Sequence record: MK327933.1 | Length of the DNA: 64,000 nt | Reading direction: 5' to 3' (one strand) | Source: Escherichia phage vB_EcoM_G2285 | In this document: positions 9,630-20,082 of the stretch, in pieces | How positions within the stretch are numbered: the first letter of the stretch is position 1 | Layout: every line of letters begins with the position of its first letter | Notes under the pieces: model-generated | Told to the model about the DNA's origin: nothing | Seen by the model: the letters and a program-made list of their open reading frames with translations, nothing else | The model's database searches: none | Position numbers and translations under genes: made by a program

Positions 9630-11144
9630 ATGACTGACATTAAAGTACATTTTTATGATTTTAGTCACGTGCGCATTGAATGCGACGAAAGTACGTTTTA
9701 CGAACTTCGTGACTTTTTTAGCTTTGAAGCTGACGGGTATAAATTTAACCCAAAATATCGCTATGGGAACTGGGATGGTAGAATTCGACTTTTAGATTAC
9801 AATCGTTTGTTACCATATGGACTTGTAGGACAAATAAAAAAGTTCTGTAACAATATGAGTTATTCTGTATGGATTGACCCTAAAATCTTTGAGACCGAAG
9901 ACCTTACCAGGGAAGATTTTGACGCATGGCTTTCTAAACAAGAAATTTATTCAGGCAACGCCAAAATCGAACCGCATTGGTATCAAAAAGATGCAGTATA
10001 TGAAGGACTAGTTAATCGTCGTCGAATTTTAAACCTTCCGACATCAGCAGGTAAATCACTAATCCAAGCACTTTTAGCTCGGTATTATCTAGAGAACTAT
10101 GAAGGTAAAATTCTCATTATCGTCCCTACAACAGCATTGACAACCCAGATGGCTAATGATTTTGTTGATTATCGCTTGTTTAGTCATTCGATGATTAAGA
10201 AAATTGGCGGTGGTGCTGATAAAGCGGACAGAGCTAAAAACGACGCTCCAATTATTGTTGGCACATGGCAAACAGTAGTTAAGCAGCCTAAAGAATGGTT
10301 CTCTCAGTTCGGTATGATGATGAACGATGAATGCCACTTAGCAACAGGCAAAAGTATTTCTTCAATCATCTCAGGATTAAATAATTGCATGTTTAAATTC
10401 GGTTTATCCGGCTCATTAAGAGACGGAAAAGCCAATGTAATGCAGTACGTAGGTATGTTCGGTGAAATCTTCCGTCCTGTTAGCACGTCTAAATTAATGG
10501 AAGATGGACAGGTAACTGAGCTTAAGATTAATAGTATTTTCCTTCGTTATCCGGACGAATTCACCATTAAATTAAAAGGTAAAACATACCAAGAAGAAGT
10601 TAAAATTATTACCGGACTAAAACGACGTACAAAGTGGATTGCTCAACTTTCAGTCAAATTGGCTAAGAAAGACGAGAACGCCTTTGTAATGTTTAAACAC
10701 GTTACACACGGTAAAGAAATATTTGAAGCTATTAAAGAGCTTGGATACGAAAAAGTTTATTACGTATCAGGTGAAGTTGATACCGAAACACGTAACGCGC
10801 TTAAAGTCATGGCAGAAAATGGTAAAGGCATTATTATTGTCGCATCATATGGAGTATTCTCTACTGGTATTTCAGTCAAGAATCTTCATCATGTTATTTT
10901 TGCCCATGGTGTTAAATCAAAAATTATCGTACTTCAAACCGTAGGTCGCGTGCTTCGTAAGCATGGTTCTAAAGCTGTTGCTACAGTTTGGGATCTCATC
11001 GATGACGCAGGTGTAAAACCTAAATCATTAAATACTAAAAAGAAGTATACTCATCTTAATTACTTGTTAAAACACGGTATTGATCGTATCCAACGTTACG
11101 CTGATGAGAAATTTAACTATGTAATGAAAACAATTAATTTATAA
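9630..11144 (+). CDS. uvsW: UvsW RNA-DNA and DNA-DNA helicase (SF2)
   Basis: 504 aa; Walker A PTSAGKS and DECH box. Confidence 0.9.
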   Translation: MTDIKVHFYDFSHVRIECDESTFYELRDFFSFEADGYKFNPKYRYGNWDGRIRLLDYNRLLPYGLVGQIKKFCNNMSYSVWIDPKIFETEDLTREDFDAWLSKQEIYSGNAKIEPHWYQKDAVYEGLVNRRRILNLPTSAGKSLIQALLARYYLENYEGKILIIVPTTALTTQMANDFVDYRLFSHSMIKKIGGGADKADRAKNDAPIIVGTWQTVVKQPKEWFSQFGMMMNDECHLATGKSISSIISGLNNCMFKFGLSGSLRDGKANVMQYVGMFGEIFRPVSTSKLMEDGQVTELKINSIFLRYPDEFTIKLKGKTYQEEVKIITGLKRRTKWIAQLSVKLAKKDENAFVMFKHVTHGKEIFEAIKELGYEKVYYVSGEVDTETRNALKVMAENGKGIIIVASYGVFSTGISVKNLHHVIFAHGVKSKIIVLQTVGRVLRKHGSKAVATVWDLIDDAGVKPKSLNTKKKYTHLNYLLKHGIDRIQRYADEKFNYVMKTINL

Positions 11145-11169
11145 GGGCTTCGGCCCTTAGGAGATAAAA

Positions 11170-11400
11170 ATGGTACTTGAATTTAAACAATTTTTATACG
11201 AAGCATCTATTGACGAATTCATGGGTAAAATTGCTAGTTGTCATACCCTAGAAGGGCTTGAAGAATTGGAAGCTTATTATAAGAAACGTATAAAAGAAAC
11301 GGAATTAAAAGATACAGATGATATTTCTGTCAGGGATGCCTTAGCAGGTAAGCGTGCCGAACTTGAAGGCGATGATGAGGATGAGGAAGAAGACTTCTAA
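11170..11400 (+). CDS. uvsW.1: UvsW.1 small acidic protein
   Basis: 76 aa with acidic tail, directly after uvsW. Confidence 0.7.
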   Translation: MVLEFKQFLYEASIDEFMGKIASCHTLEGLEELEAYYKKRIKETELKDTDDISVRDALAGKRAELEGDDEDEEEDF

Positions 11401-11407
11401 TTAAAAA

Positions 11408-11440
11408 AAGGCCCGACCTTTTTGGAAGGGCCAAAAACCA
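11408..11440 (-). terminator. Hairpin with U-run on the minus strand ending the uvsY transcription unit
   Basis: ggccc/gggcc stem next to an A7 run on the plus strand. Confidence 0.45.
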
Positions 11441-11457
11441 TAGGCAAAAAGGTAACA

Positions 11458-11625
11458 CTATAGTAAAAGTTGGGTTTCGTTCAATTGCTCTTCTGAACTT
11501 TCTGAAACCGGCAATTGTTGGACATAATTATAACAAGGACCAGGATGTGCTGGGCCTTTGTCTGTTTCAACAACCAATGCAGAATCGATTGGAGTTTTAC
11601 AGACAACACAAATCTTATCTGACAT
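11458..11625 (-). CDS. Small cysteine-containing ORF (55 aa, not in the track), possible zinc ribbon
   Basis: Hand translation MSDKICVVCKTPIDSALVVETDKGPAHPGPCYNYVQQ...; minus-strand late-promoter motif (TATTTATA on plus at 11655-11662) just upstream. Confidence 0.4.
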   Translation of the reverse strand: MSDKICVVCKTPIDSALVVETDKGPAHPGPCYNYVQQLPVSESSEEQLNETQLLL

Positions 11626-11657
11626 GATTGCCTCCTAAGTTGAAATTACATATCTAT

Positions 11658-11882
11658 TTATACAACTCTCATATGCATATCAATGCCCATATCTTTAGAA
11701 TAAAAATATTCATCAAGATATCCGGCAAATTTTCCTTTAATATAAAGGACGTCTTCACCACACGGGTGGTTCGCCAGAATACGAATATCCTGACGACGTA
11801 GACGATACTTTTCCATTAAGAATTTAATTTCAGTTTCAAATTCTTCGTCATTATTAAAGGCATCTTCAATTGAATAACGCAT
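11658..11882 (-). CDS. Hypothetical protein (uvsY.-1/-2 position)
   Basis: 74-aa ORF coupled to uvsY. Confidence 0.5.
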   Translation of the reverse strand: MRYSIEDAFNNDEEFETEIKFLMEKYRLRRQDIRILANHPCGEDVLYIKGKFAGYLDEYFYSKDMGIDMHMRVV

Positions 11883-12295
11883 TATTGCCCCGCTTCAAAT
11901 TCTCGCATATCCTGGATATGTTTAAGTGCAAAACTACGAGACTTAACTGCGTCAAGTGCACCACTACAGAACTCAAGTAAAATTCCCCAGTATTGTAAAG
12001 TAGTCTCTATTTTAAGCACATCTTTATCTGCAGCCAGGACAGTTTTCATTTCAGATTTCTCATATCGGTCCATACTGAATTCATCACCATCACCTCGTCC
12101 CGAGTAGTAGTCTAATCTTGCTTTTAGAGCAGTTTTCTTCTGAGTCTCTACACGCAACATTTCTTTACGAATAAATGAGTGCTTACGTAGCCATTTGCTG
12201 TATAACTTAACATTATTCGCCGTCTCATATTGCAACTTTGTCGTATCAATAGCTAAGTCTGCGTCTAACTCTTCCTGTAAATCTTCCAGCTTCAT
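11882..12295 (-). CDS. uvsY: Recombination mediator UvsY
   Basis: 137 aa (T4 UvsY 137); synteny. Confidence 0.85.
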   Translation of the reverse strand: MKLEDLQEELDADLAIDTTKLQYETANNVKLYSKWLRKHSFIRKEMLRVETQKKTALKARLDYYSGRGDGDEFSMDRYEKSEMKTVLAADKDVLKIETTLQYWGILLEFCSGALDAVKSRSFALKHIQDMREFEAGQ

Positions 12296-12348
12296 AATAT
12301 TCTCTCTTTAACTAATAATCTCCCGGCTGTATCGGAAGGACCTAAAAC

Positions 12349-12376
12349 CATTATACATAGGTTGCCTTGAAGCATT
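12349..12376 (-). promoter_or_regulatory. Probable MotA-dependent middle promoter for uvsY (MotA box AATGCTTCA plus TATAAT)
   Basis: Minus strand reads AATGCTTCA then, about 12 nt on, TATGTATAAT. Confidence 0.45.
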
Positions 12377-12773
12377 ACACTCTATTGCTTGACGCTAACT
12401 GAAGTTTAATTTGTTCAATATCGTCAGGGTTGTCTACGACTGAAAATCTAATCTCTACTATAACAGTATAGTCATCATATACTGGCGTTACACTTACAGA
12501 AAGTTTGTCGATGCGTGGCTCATAGTTACGAACAGCCGCCTGGATATTACGCTCAATCGTATCGGCTGTAAGTGGTGTCATGTTCTCGAAAAGTTCGTCG
12601 ACCAAATCGCATCCAAATTCAGGGTCGAAGGGGCGTGAGCCTTTTCTAGTTGTCACTATACCAAGAAGACTATTTTTAATAGAACGAAGTCCTACAGAAC
12701 GAGCAACGTCCTTGTTCCAATCCATACGCATTTCTGGGTCGATATCTGAATAAAGTTTATTGATATTAGACAT
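12375..12773 (-). CDS. 25: Baseplate wedge protein gp25
   Basis: 132 aa (T4 gp25 132). Confidence 0.85.
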   Translation of the reverse strand: MSNINKLYSDIDPEMRMDWNKDVARSVGLRSIKNSLLGIVTTRKGSRPFDPEFGCDLVDELFENMTPLTADTIERNIQAAVRNYEPRIDKLSVSVTPVYDDYTVIVEIRFSVVDNPDDIEQIKLQLASSNRV

Positions 12774-13399
12774 TATAGTAACTCAAAGAATTCTTTGAGG
12801 CCTCGTATTGTGTGAACGTGTGACGCCCCACATTTGGGACATTTAATAGGGGTTGCTAGATAAATTGATGGTGATACTAAAAGATTTTTAATATTGATCA
12901 TGTCATCTTCTGTTATAAGGCCGTAAAGGTCGTTTATTTCTGCTTCAGTTAAATCTTCAACAGGGATGGACTCTCCATTGACAAAAACGGCCTCAATACA
13001 TGAAGCAATCATTAATGCGATATTTTTATCGTCAAATAATTTAGGTTGTCGGAACTTAATTTTAATACCGCTGAACGAATACCAGGGATCGGCCTGTTCA
13101 TCTAATTGAGTGTGCAATAAATTCATATAGACTTGAAATGAATGCCCACAGGAACAATTCCAGGTGTGTTCTTGATTCACTTCACCTAATGAATGTGCCC
13201 ACAGATTTACCAACAATAGCTCTGCTTCTTGTTTAGTCAAGTTTTTAGCATTAGAGCAATTAGTGATAATATTGTTCACTGCGGATTCAATAGTACCGGT
13301 AGCCCGCGCACCTATGAGTCCTAAATATTCTTTTAAAGTAAAGGCTCTACAATTCACTTCTTTATCGCCTAAACGTACGGTAAACGTATATTTGTACAT
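12773..13399 (-). CDS. 26: Baseplate hub assembly protein gp26
   Basis: 208 aa (T4 gp26 208). Confidence 0.8.
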   Translation of the reverse strand: MYKYTFTVRLGDKEVNCRAFTLKEYLGLIGARATGTIESAVNNIITNCSNAKNLTKQEAELLLVNLWAHSLGEVNQEHTWNCSCGHSFQVYMNLLHTQLDEQADPWYSFSGIKIKFRQPKLFDDKNIALMIASCIEAVFVNGESIPVEDLTEAEINDLYGLITEDDMINIKNLLVSPSIYLATPIKCPKCGASHVHTIRGLKEFFELL

Positions 13400-13417
13400 G
13401 TTAACTCCTTTATTGTG

Positions 13418-13429
13418 TATTTATAAATA
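13418..13429. promoter_or_regulatory. Overlapping divergent late promoters (TATTTATAAATA) for 26/25 and 51
   Basis: TATTTATA at 13418-13425 and TATAAATA at 13422-13429. Confidence 0.55.
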
Positions 13430-13446
13430 ATAGAAAAGGAGTAATT

Positions 13447-14199
13447 ATGGCTAATATAATTCGTTGTAAATTACCGGATGGTGTTCATCGTTTTAAGCCG
13501 TTCACCGTGGCGGATTATAGAGACTTTTTACTAGTTAGAAATGATATCGAACATCGTTCGCCACAAGAACAAAAAGAAATAATTGCCGATCTGATTGATG
13601 ATTATTTTAACGAATACCCTAAAACATGGCAACCATTTATATTCCTGCAAGTTTTTGCAGGCTCTATAGGCAAAACAAAAGTTCCCGTTATTTTCACTTG
13701 CCCTAAATGCTCTAAAGAAAAAACTGCACCATTTGAGATATATCAAAAAGAACTAGTCGAACCTGAACTTGATGTTGCTGGTATAAAAATACGTTTTTCT
13801 TTCCCTGAAAAGTTTTATGACAACAAAGCATTAATGATAAGTGAAAACATAAAAGAAATATATTATAATGATGAATGGTATCCATGGAATGATTTGACTG
13901 AAGAGAACCAAATCCAAGTAATAGAAGCAATAGACATTGACTCGCTCGAGAAGGTTATTGCTTCTATGAACCCTATTAATTTGACCCTTAGATTAGGTTG
14001 TTGTGAACATCATGTTAAAACATATACTGACATCTTAGAGGTTTTTAAATTGTTAGTTAACCCTGATGAGATTTTTACATTCTATCAGATAAACCATTCA
14101 CTAGTAAAGAGTCAATACACATTGGATTCTATTATGCAAATGATTCCTGTTGAACGTGGTATTGCTTTAACATTAGTAGAAAAGGACCATAAAAAATGA
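13447..14199 (+). CDS. 51: Baseplate hub assembly catalyst gp51
   Basis: 250 aa (T4 gp51 249). Confidence 0.8.
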   Translation: MANIIRCKLPDGVHRFKPFTVADYRDFLLVRNDIEHRSPQEQKEIIADLIDDYFNEYPKTWQPFIFLQVFAGSIGKTKVPVIFTCPKCSKEKTAPFEIYQKELVEPELDVAGIKIRFSFPEKFYDNKALMISENIKEIYYNDEWYPWNDLTEENQIQVIEAIDIDSLEKVIASMNPINLTLRLGCCEHHVKTYTDILEVFKLLVNPDEIFTFYQINHSLVKSQYTLDSIMQMIPVERGIALTLVEKDHKK

Positions 14200-15368
14200 C
14201 AGTATTCCAACGTCCAGGATATCCTAACTTAAGCGTTAAATTATACCAAGATTATTCGGCTTGGCAAGAAAATAGATACGTTGAACTCGCGGCAACAATA
14301 ACAACTTTAACCATGCGAGATTCACTATATGGAAGAAATGAAGGGATTCTTCAATTTTATGACACTAAAAACATCCACACTAAAATGGATGGTAGACAGA
14401 TAGTTCAAATCTCTGTTTCAAATTCAAACACGCCTCTCCAAGTTAGAACTCGAATTTATGGATGTAGACATTATTCTGTGTCTGTGGACTCAAAAGGCGA
14501 CAATATTATTGCAATTGAGCTTGGAACAATACATTCTATAGAGAACCTTAAATTTGGGCGTCCATTCTTCCCAGACGCAGGCGAATCTATACGTGAAATG
14601 TTAGGTGTCATATACAAAGATCGTGCGTTAATTACTCCGCCAATAAACACTATTAATGCTTATGTTCCTGATATCCCTTGGACAAGCACATTTGATGATT
14701 ATTTGGCATATGTCAGAGAATTAGGACTTGCTACAGCGAGTGATAAGTTCGTATTCGTATGGCAAGATATTTTAGGCGTAAACATGATTGACTACGATAC
14801 TCTTATTGGTCAGGAAGGCATTAAGATGGTTGTAGGTGAGCCAAATACCGTAGGTCAGTATATTCAAGAGCTTGAGTATCCATTAGTATGGGATTTCACC
14901 TGGATGACTAAAGCCAACCAATTTACAAGAGACCCTATTAAAAACGCCACAATATTTGCCCATTCATTTTTAGATACATCTATTCCGGTTATTGTTACAG
15001 GCGATGGTGATAATGCTATTCTTGTGTCAAGATCCGGTGGATATTCCGAAATGACCTATCGTAATGGATTTGAAGAAGCAAGTCGTCTTCAGACAATGGC
15101 TCAATATGACGGATATGCTAAATGCACTACTACAGGTAATTTTAACATAACGCCTGCTACTAAAATTATATTTGTTGACCAAAAGAACCAATTCAAATCC
15201 GAATTTTACGTCGATGAAGTTATTCATGAGTTATCAAATAACAACTCACAAACTCATCTGTACATGTTTACCAACTCAATGGTGTTAGAACCTGTTAACC
15301 CAGTTAAGGTTAAAAATGAACTTAAATCTGATTCTACCTCTAAAGAAAATAATTCTACCACAGTCTAA
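14196..15368 (+). CDS. 27: Baseplate hub protein gp27
   Basis: 390 aa (T4 gp27 391). Confidence 0.85.
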   Translation: MTVFQRPGYPNLSVKLYQDYSAWQENRYVELAATITTLTMRDSLYGRNEGILQFYDTKNIHTKMDGRQIVQISVSNSNTPLQVRTRIYGCRHYSVSVDSKGDNIIAIELGTIHSIENLKFGRPFFPDAGESIREMLGVIYKDRALITPPINTINAYVPDIPWTSTFDDYLAYVRELGLATASDKFVFVWQDILGVNMIDYDTLIGQEGIKMVVGEPNTVGQYIQELEYPLVWDFTWMTKANQFTRDPIKNATIFAHSFLDTSIPVIVTGDGDNAILVSRSGGYSEMTYRNGFEEASRLQTMAQYDGYAKCTTTGNFNITPATKIIFVDQKNQFKSEFYVDEVIHELSNNNSQTHLYMFTNSMVLEPVNPVKVKNELKSDSTSKENNSTTV

Positions 15369-15849
15369 TAAAAAGGTAATGATTCCCAAATTAGGGCTCA
15401 AACATTATAATCTTTTAAAGGACGTTAAAGGCCCTGATGAAAACATGAAAATCTTAGCTGATTCTATTTGTAAAAATATGAGTCCCGCCGATTTTGATTT
15501 TGCATGTCTACACATATTGGAATTTAATAACAAACTTAAGTCTGAAGTTGAAAAAGATGGATTCACTTATAAACTAGATGACGTCTATGTATGCCAACGA
15601 ACAGAATTCCAATTCCAAGGTAATACTTTTTATTTTAGACCCCCAGGCAAATTTGAACAATTCGCTACAATCAGTGAAATGCTATCAAATTGCTTAATAA
15701 AAGTTAATGACGAAGAGAAAGAAATTTCTTTCCTTGAGATGCCTGCTTTTGTAATCAAATGGGCAGAAGACCTTTCGACAACTATTGCTATTCCAGGCCC
15801 TAATGGCCCTATTAAGGGTATAGCAGAAATTATTGGATTGCTTGAATGA
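15316..15849 (+). CDS. 28: Baseplate hub distal subunit gp28 (real start possibly ATG 15379)
   Basis: Synteny; track start overlaps gp27 by 53 nt, internal ATG at 15379 has AAAGG RBS. Confidence 0.7.
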   Translation: MNLNLILPLKKIILPQSNKKVMIPKLGLKHYNLLKDVKGPDENMKILADSICKNMSPADFDFACLHILEFNNKLKSEVEKDGFTYKLDDVYVCQRTEFQFQGNTFYFRPPGKFEQFATISEMLSNCLIKVNDEEKEISFLEMPAFVIKWAEDLSTTIAIPGPNGPIKGIAEIIGLLE

Positions 15850-17618
15850 AACCTGAAGAAATGAAATCCATGCGTAGAAATAAGGTCATTGCCGATAATA
15901 AACCACAAAAAGTAGCTGCAACAGCAGCTACCGATTCATTAGAAGCATTGAATGACATTTCATCAAAACTAGACGATGTCCAAGCCGCGTCTGAACTCAC
16001 ATCACAAAGTGTAGAAGATAAAGGCAATGGAATTATTGAATCAATTGGAGACTTAAAGAATTCGACAGATAATACTGCTGAAGGCACAGAGCTTATCGCA
16101 GAAGTTATTGAAAAACAAACTGAAGTCACTAAAAGTATAAACGAAGTTTCTAGTGCAATAAGCTCTAAGTTAGACCGATTAGCTACATTATTAGAGCAAA
16201 AATTACAAACATCTACCGCTATTCAAAATACAGGAGGCACCTCTCTTGAAGTAATTGAGAACGCAATACCTGTTAAAGTGGTTGAGAATGAAACTTCTGA
16301 TGAGCTGTTTAAAGCATTCCCTACACCTGAAAAGATTGATAATAAGCCAGACGAAGATTTCTTCCCGGCCCCGGTTCAAGAAAGTGCTAATTCTACTTCC
16401 GATTCTAAAGGCGGAATTAGCTTTAAATTGAGCGATAAAATTGCAATGCTCACCAAAACAGTTCAAGCAGGGTTTAATAAATCAATATCAATTTCAGACA
16501 GAATTGCTGGAATGCTTTTCAAATACACTATAACGGCTGCTATTGAAGCAGCAAAAATGGCCGCACTTATTCTTGGTATTGTTATCGGTATTGATTTATT
16601 GATAGTCCATTTCAAATATTGGACAGACAAGTTCACTTCTGCCTGGGATTTATTTGATGAAAACTTTACTAAATTCTCCGATGAAGCTAAAGAGTGGGGT
16701 AAATTCTTAAGTGATATATTCACTTCTATTGACTCGATAAAACAATTGTGGGAAGCTGGGGACTGGAGTGGTTTAACCGTTGCTATTGTCAAAGGTGTAG
16801 GAACAGCATTAATGAACTTAGGTGAACTAATTCAATTAGGAATGGCTAAACTCTCTGCGTCTATATTGCGTGCTATAGGTTTTGGCGATACAGCGGACGA
16901 AATAGAAGGACGCGCTTTGGAAGGATTCCAAGAAACTACTGGGAACACATTAAAGAAAGAAGACCAAGAGAAAGTCGCTAAATATCAAATGAAGCGTGAC
17001 GATGGGGAATTAGGAACCGTTTCTAAAGGTCTTGATATGTTACAACGCGGCAAAACATTCGTTACTAACTGGGTTCGTGGTAATGACAATAAAGAAGAGT
17101 TTAGTACAAGCGATGAGCGTGCTGCGGAATCGGCAAAATTAAAAGAGTTACCTGAAGAGGAGCGTAAAGAGGCGTATATAAAAGCTAATGAAACTCGTGC
17201 GGCACTAGTTAGATTTGAGGATTATATCGATAAAATCGATATGACTAATCCGGAAAATGCTAAAAACGTCGAGAAGTCTTATGCTGATTTAAGTAAACTT
17301 ATTAAAGACCCTGAACTTAATAAAACTCCTGTTGTTAAAAAGGAATTAGATGCTAGATTTGAAAAGCTAAATAATAAAATGGCTGAAGCCAAAAAGGCTC
17401 AGACAACAGTTAAGCCTGAATCTTCGTCTAAATCTCCGGAAGCAAAACAAGTTCAGTCAATAGAGAAAGGACGTGCTTCTGAATCTAAACAACAGCAACC
17501 GGTAGCGGCTATTAGTAACACAAATAATGTCGTCAAAAAGAATACCGTAGTCCAGAATATGACCCCTGTAACAAGTACAACGGCTCCTGGAATTTTCCAT
17601 GCCACCGGTGTTAATTAA
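15846..17618 (+). CDS. 29: Baseplate hub and tail-length determinator gp29
   Basis: 590 aa (T4 gp29 590). Confidence 0.85.
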   Translation: MKPEEMKSMRRNKVIADNKPQKVAATAATDSLEALNDISSKLDDVQAASELTSQSVEDKGNGIIESIGDLKNSTDNTAEGTELIAEVIEKQTEVTKSINEVSSAISSKLDRLATLLEQKLQTSTAIQNTGGTSLEVIENAIPVKVVENETSDELFKAFPTPEKIDNKPDEDFFPAPVQESANSTSDSKGGISFKLSDKIAMLTKTVQAGFNKSISISDRIAGMLFKYTITAAIEAAKMAALILGIVIGIDLLIVHFKYWTDKFTSAWDLFDENFTKFSDEAKEWGKFLSDIFTSIDSIKQLWEAGDWSGLTVAIVKGVGTALMNLGELIQLGMAKLSASILRAIGFGDTADEIEGRALEGFQETTGNTLKKEDQEKVAKYQMKRDDGELGTVSKGLDMLQRGKTFVTNWVRGNDNKEEFSTSDERAAESAKLKELPEEERKEAYIKANETRAALVRFEDYIDKIDMTNPENAKNVEKSYADLSKLIKDPELNKTPVVKKELDARFEKLNNKMAEAKKAQTTVKPESSSKSPEAKQVQSIEKGRASESKQQQPVAAISNTNNVVKKNTVVQNMTPVTSTTAPGIFHATGVN

Positions 17619-17626
17619 GGATTATT

Positions 17627-18736
17627 ATGATTAGTGTAAAAGAAATAGTAGTAGATGCAAAGGATTTAAATAAAGCAATCCCAGTCTCAGAAAGTGCTGG
17701 GCAAAGCACTAAAACCGAAACAACTACTAAAACTTATGTTGCTCAATTTCCTACAGGAAGAGCAGCCGGAAATGACTCCACAGGAGACTTCCAGGTAACA
17801 GACCTTTATAAGAATGGATTATTATTTACCGCGTACAATATGTCTGCACGCGATTCAGGATCCCTCAGGAATTTACGTCCGGCATATGCCGGTACTTCAT
17901 CTAATGGTATCATATCAGATTTAACTGATAATGTGAAAGATGCAGTGACTAAATTCTCAAATGGCTTGCTTCCTGCCGGAGCTAATAAGTCTACTATAAA
18001 CAAAACTCCTGTTGCTAATATACTTTTGCCACGTTCCAAATCTGATGTTGATACAACTTCACATCGTTTTAATGATATCGGTGATAGCCTTATTACTAAA
18101 GGTGGAGGTACTGCTACAGGTGTTTTAAGTAACATTGCTTCTACTGCAGTTTTTGGTGCATTAGATTCTATTACTCAAGGGCTTATGGCTGATAATAACG
18201 AGCAGATTTATACGACTTCTCGTAGTATGTATGGCGGTGCTGAGAACCGTACTAAAGTCTTTACATGGGATTTAACTCCTCGTTCAACTGAAGACCTTAT
18301 GGCTATTATAAACATTTACCAGTATTTTAACTATTTCTCATATGGTGAGACCGGTAAATCACAGTACGCCCAAGAGATTAAAAGTTATTTAGACGAATGG
18401 TACCGTTCAACGTTTATTGAGCCTATGACACCAGAAGATGCAGTAAAAAATAAGACATTGTTTGAAAAGATTACTGCGTCATTAACAAATGTATTAGTTG
18501 TAAGCAACCCTACAATTTGGATGGTTAAAAACTTTGGACACACGTCTAAATTTGACGGGTTAACCGATGTATTTGGCCCATGTCAAATTCAAAGCGTACG
18601 TTTTGATAAAACTCCAAATGGACAATTTAATGGTCTTGCTGTTGCTCCTAACTTACCATCAACATTTACGTTAGAGATAACAATGCGAGAAATTATTACA
18701 TTAAACCGTTCTTCACTTTATGCGGGGACTTTCTAA
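17627..18736 (+). CDS. 48: Baseplate tail-tube junction protein gp48
   Basis: 369 aa; synteny. Confidence 0.8.
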   Translation: MISVKEIVVDAKDLNKAIPVSESAGQSTKTETTTKTYVAQFPTGRAAGNDSTGDFQVTDLYKNGLLFTAYNMSARDSGSLRNLRPAYAGTSSNGIISDLTDNVKDAVTKFSNGLLPAGANKSTINKTPVANILLPRSKSDVDTTSHRFNDIGDSLITKGGGTATGVLSNIASTAVFGALDSITQGLMADNNEQIYTTSRSMYGGAENRTKVFTWDLTPRSTEDLMAIINIYQYFNYFSYGETGKSQYAQEIKSYLDEWYRSTFIEPMTPEDAVKNKTLFEKITASLTNVLVVSNPTIWMVKNFGHTSKFDGLTDVFGPCQIQSVRFDKTPNGQFNGLAVAPNLPSTFTLEITMREIITLNRSSLYAGTF

Positions 18737-19698
18737 TGTACTCTTTAGAAGAATTTAATAACCAAGCTATAAATGCAGATTTCCAACGAAACAATATGTT
18801 TAGTTGTGTATTTGCTACTACACCATCAACCAAATCGTCTTCACTAATTTCGTCAATTGGTAGTTTTGCTTATAATAACTTAGGGTTGGATTCCGATTGG
18901 CTAGGATTGACTCAAGGTGATATCAATCAGGGCGTAACAACCCTGATTACAGCAGGAACACAGAAATTAATTCGAAAATCAGGTATAAGTAAATATTTGA
19001 TTGGAGCAATGAGTCAACGTACGGTACAAAGCTTGTTAGGTGAGTTCACAGTAGGATCTTATCTGATAGACTTCTTCAATATGGCATATAATAATACAGG
19101 TTTAATGATTTATTCTGTAAAAATGCCTGAGAACCGATTATCTTATGAAACGGATTTCAACTATAACTCACCGAACATCCGAATTACCGGCCGTGAAATG
19201 GACCCATTAGTAATAAGCTTTAGAATGGATTCCGAAGCATCTAACTTTAGAGCAATGCAAGACTGGGTAAACTCGGTCCAAGACCCTGTAACAGGTCTTC
19301 GTGCTTTACCACAAGACGTCGAAGCAGATATTCAGGTTAATTTACATGCACGAAATGGTTTACCACATACCGCTGTCATGTTCACCGGATGTATTCCTGT
19401 TAGTGTCTCTTCTCCTGAGTTAACGTATGATGGTGATAATCAGATAACAGTTTTTGATGTAACATTTGCTTATCGCGTTATGCAATCAGGTGCTGTAAAT
19501 AGACAGGCTGCTTTAGAATGGCTTGAATCAGGACTTATTAGTAGTGTTTCAGGAATGTTTGGAAATAATCAGAATGATTCTGGTCTAGGAAGTGCAGTAT
19601 CAAGACTTTCTAGATTAGGTGGGACTGCTGGAGGTGTGTCTAATATAAACACATTGACAGGTGTGGTGAATTCTGCGTCAAGAGTTTTAGGACTATAA
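18736..19698 (+). CDS. 54: Baseplate tail-tube initiator gp54
   Basis: 320 aa (T4 gp54 320). Confidence 0.8.
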   Translation: MYSLEEFNNQAINADFQRNNMFSCVFATTPSTKSSSLISSIGSFAYNNLGLDSDWLGLTQGDINQGVTTLITAGTQKLIRKSGISKYLIGAMSQRTVQSLLGEFTVGSYLIDFFNMAYNNTGLMIYSVKMPENRLSYETDFNYNSPNIRITGREMDPLVISFRMDSEASNFRAMQDWVNSVQDPVTGLRALPQDVEADIQVNLHARNGLPHTAVMFTGCIPVSVSSPELTYDGDNQITVFDVTFAYRVMQSGAVNRQAALEWLESGLISSVSGMFGNNQNDSGLGSAVSRLSRLGGTAGGVSNINTLTGVVNSASRVLGL

Positions 19699-19704
19699 GA
19701 AAAA

Positions 19705-19721
19705 GGGAGACAACGTCTCCC
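19705..19721. terminator. Bidirectional hairpin terminator between gene 54 and the alt cluster
   Basis: gggagac-aac-gtctccc followed by a T-run. Confidence 0.65.
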
Positions 19722-19730
19722 TTTAGGGGT

Positions 19731-20024
19731 TTATTTACGGAATGAAAGGAATGCTGGTGCTCGGAATGGAGTATCATCTTTAGAGTATTTAACTAATACG
19801 ACCATTGGTACCTCTGTTTCTAAATGACCCGTCACTACACCCATAAAAATTTGATCGGTGTGTTCAGGGTCACGAAAGTTTTTAAGAGGTTCCATAGCAA
19901 TATGGAATGCACCTGGGAATACTCGATTCAATTCGTCAATCACAGCTTCGTTAAAAACATCATCCGCTGGGATAGCATCTTCAACTACTAGTTCTTGACC
20001 ATTAAAGCGAAGCATAGATTTCAT
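19731..20024 (-). CDS. Hypothetical protein below alt (about 97 aa from ATG 20024; track start at 20096 is TTG)
   Basis: ATG 20022-20024 with GAGGAAAA RBS; early-type promoter 20040-20090. Confidence 0.5.
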   Translation of the reverse strand: MKSMLRFNGQELVVEDAIPADDVFNEAVIDELNRVFPGAFHIAMEPLKNFRDPEHTDQIFMGVVTGHLETEVPMVVLVKYSKDDTPFRAPAFLSFRK

Positions 20025-20082
20025 AACGTTTTCCTCATGTTGTTGATGGGATGATAGTATCACACATCCATGTGTTTGTAAA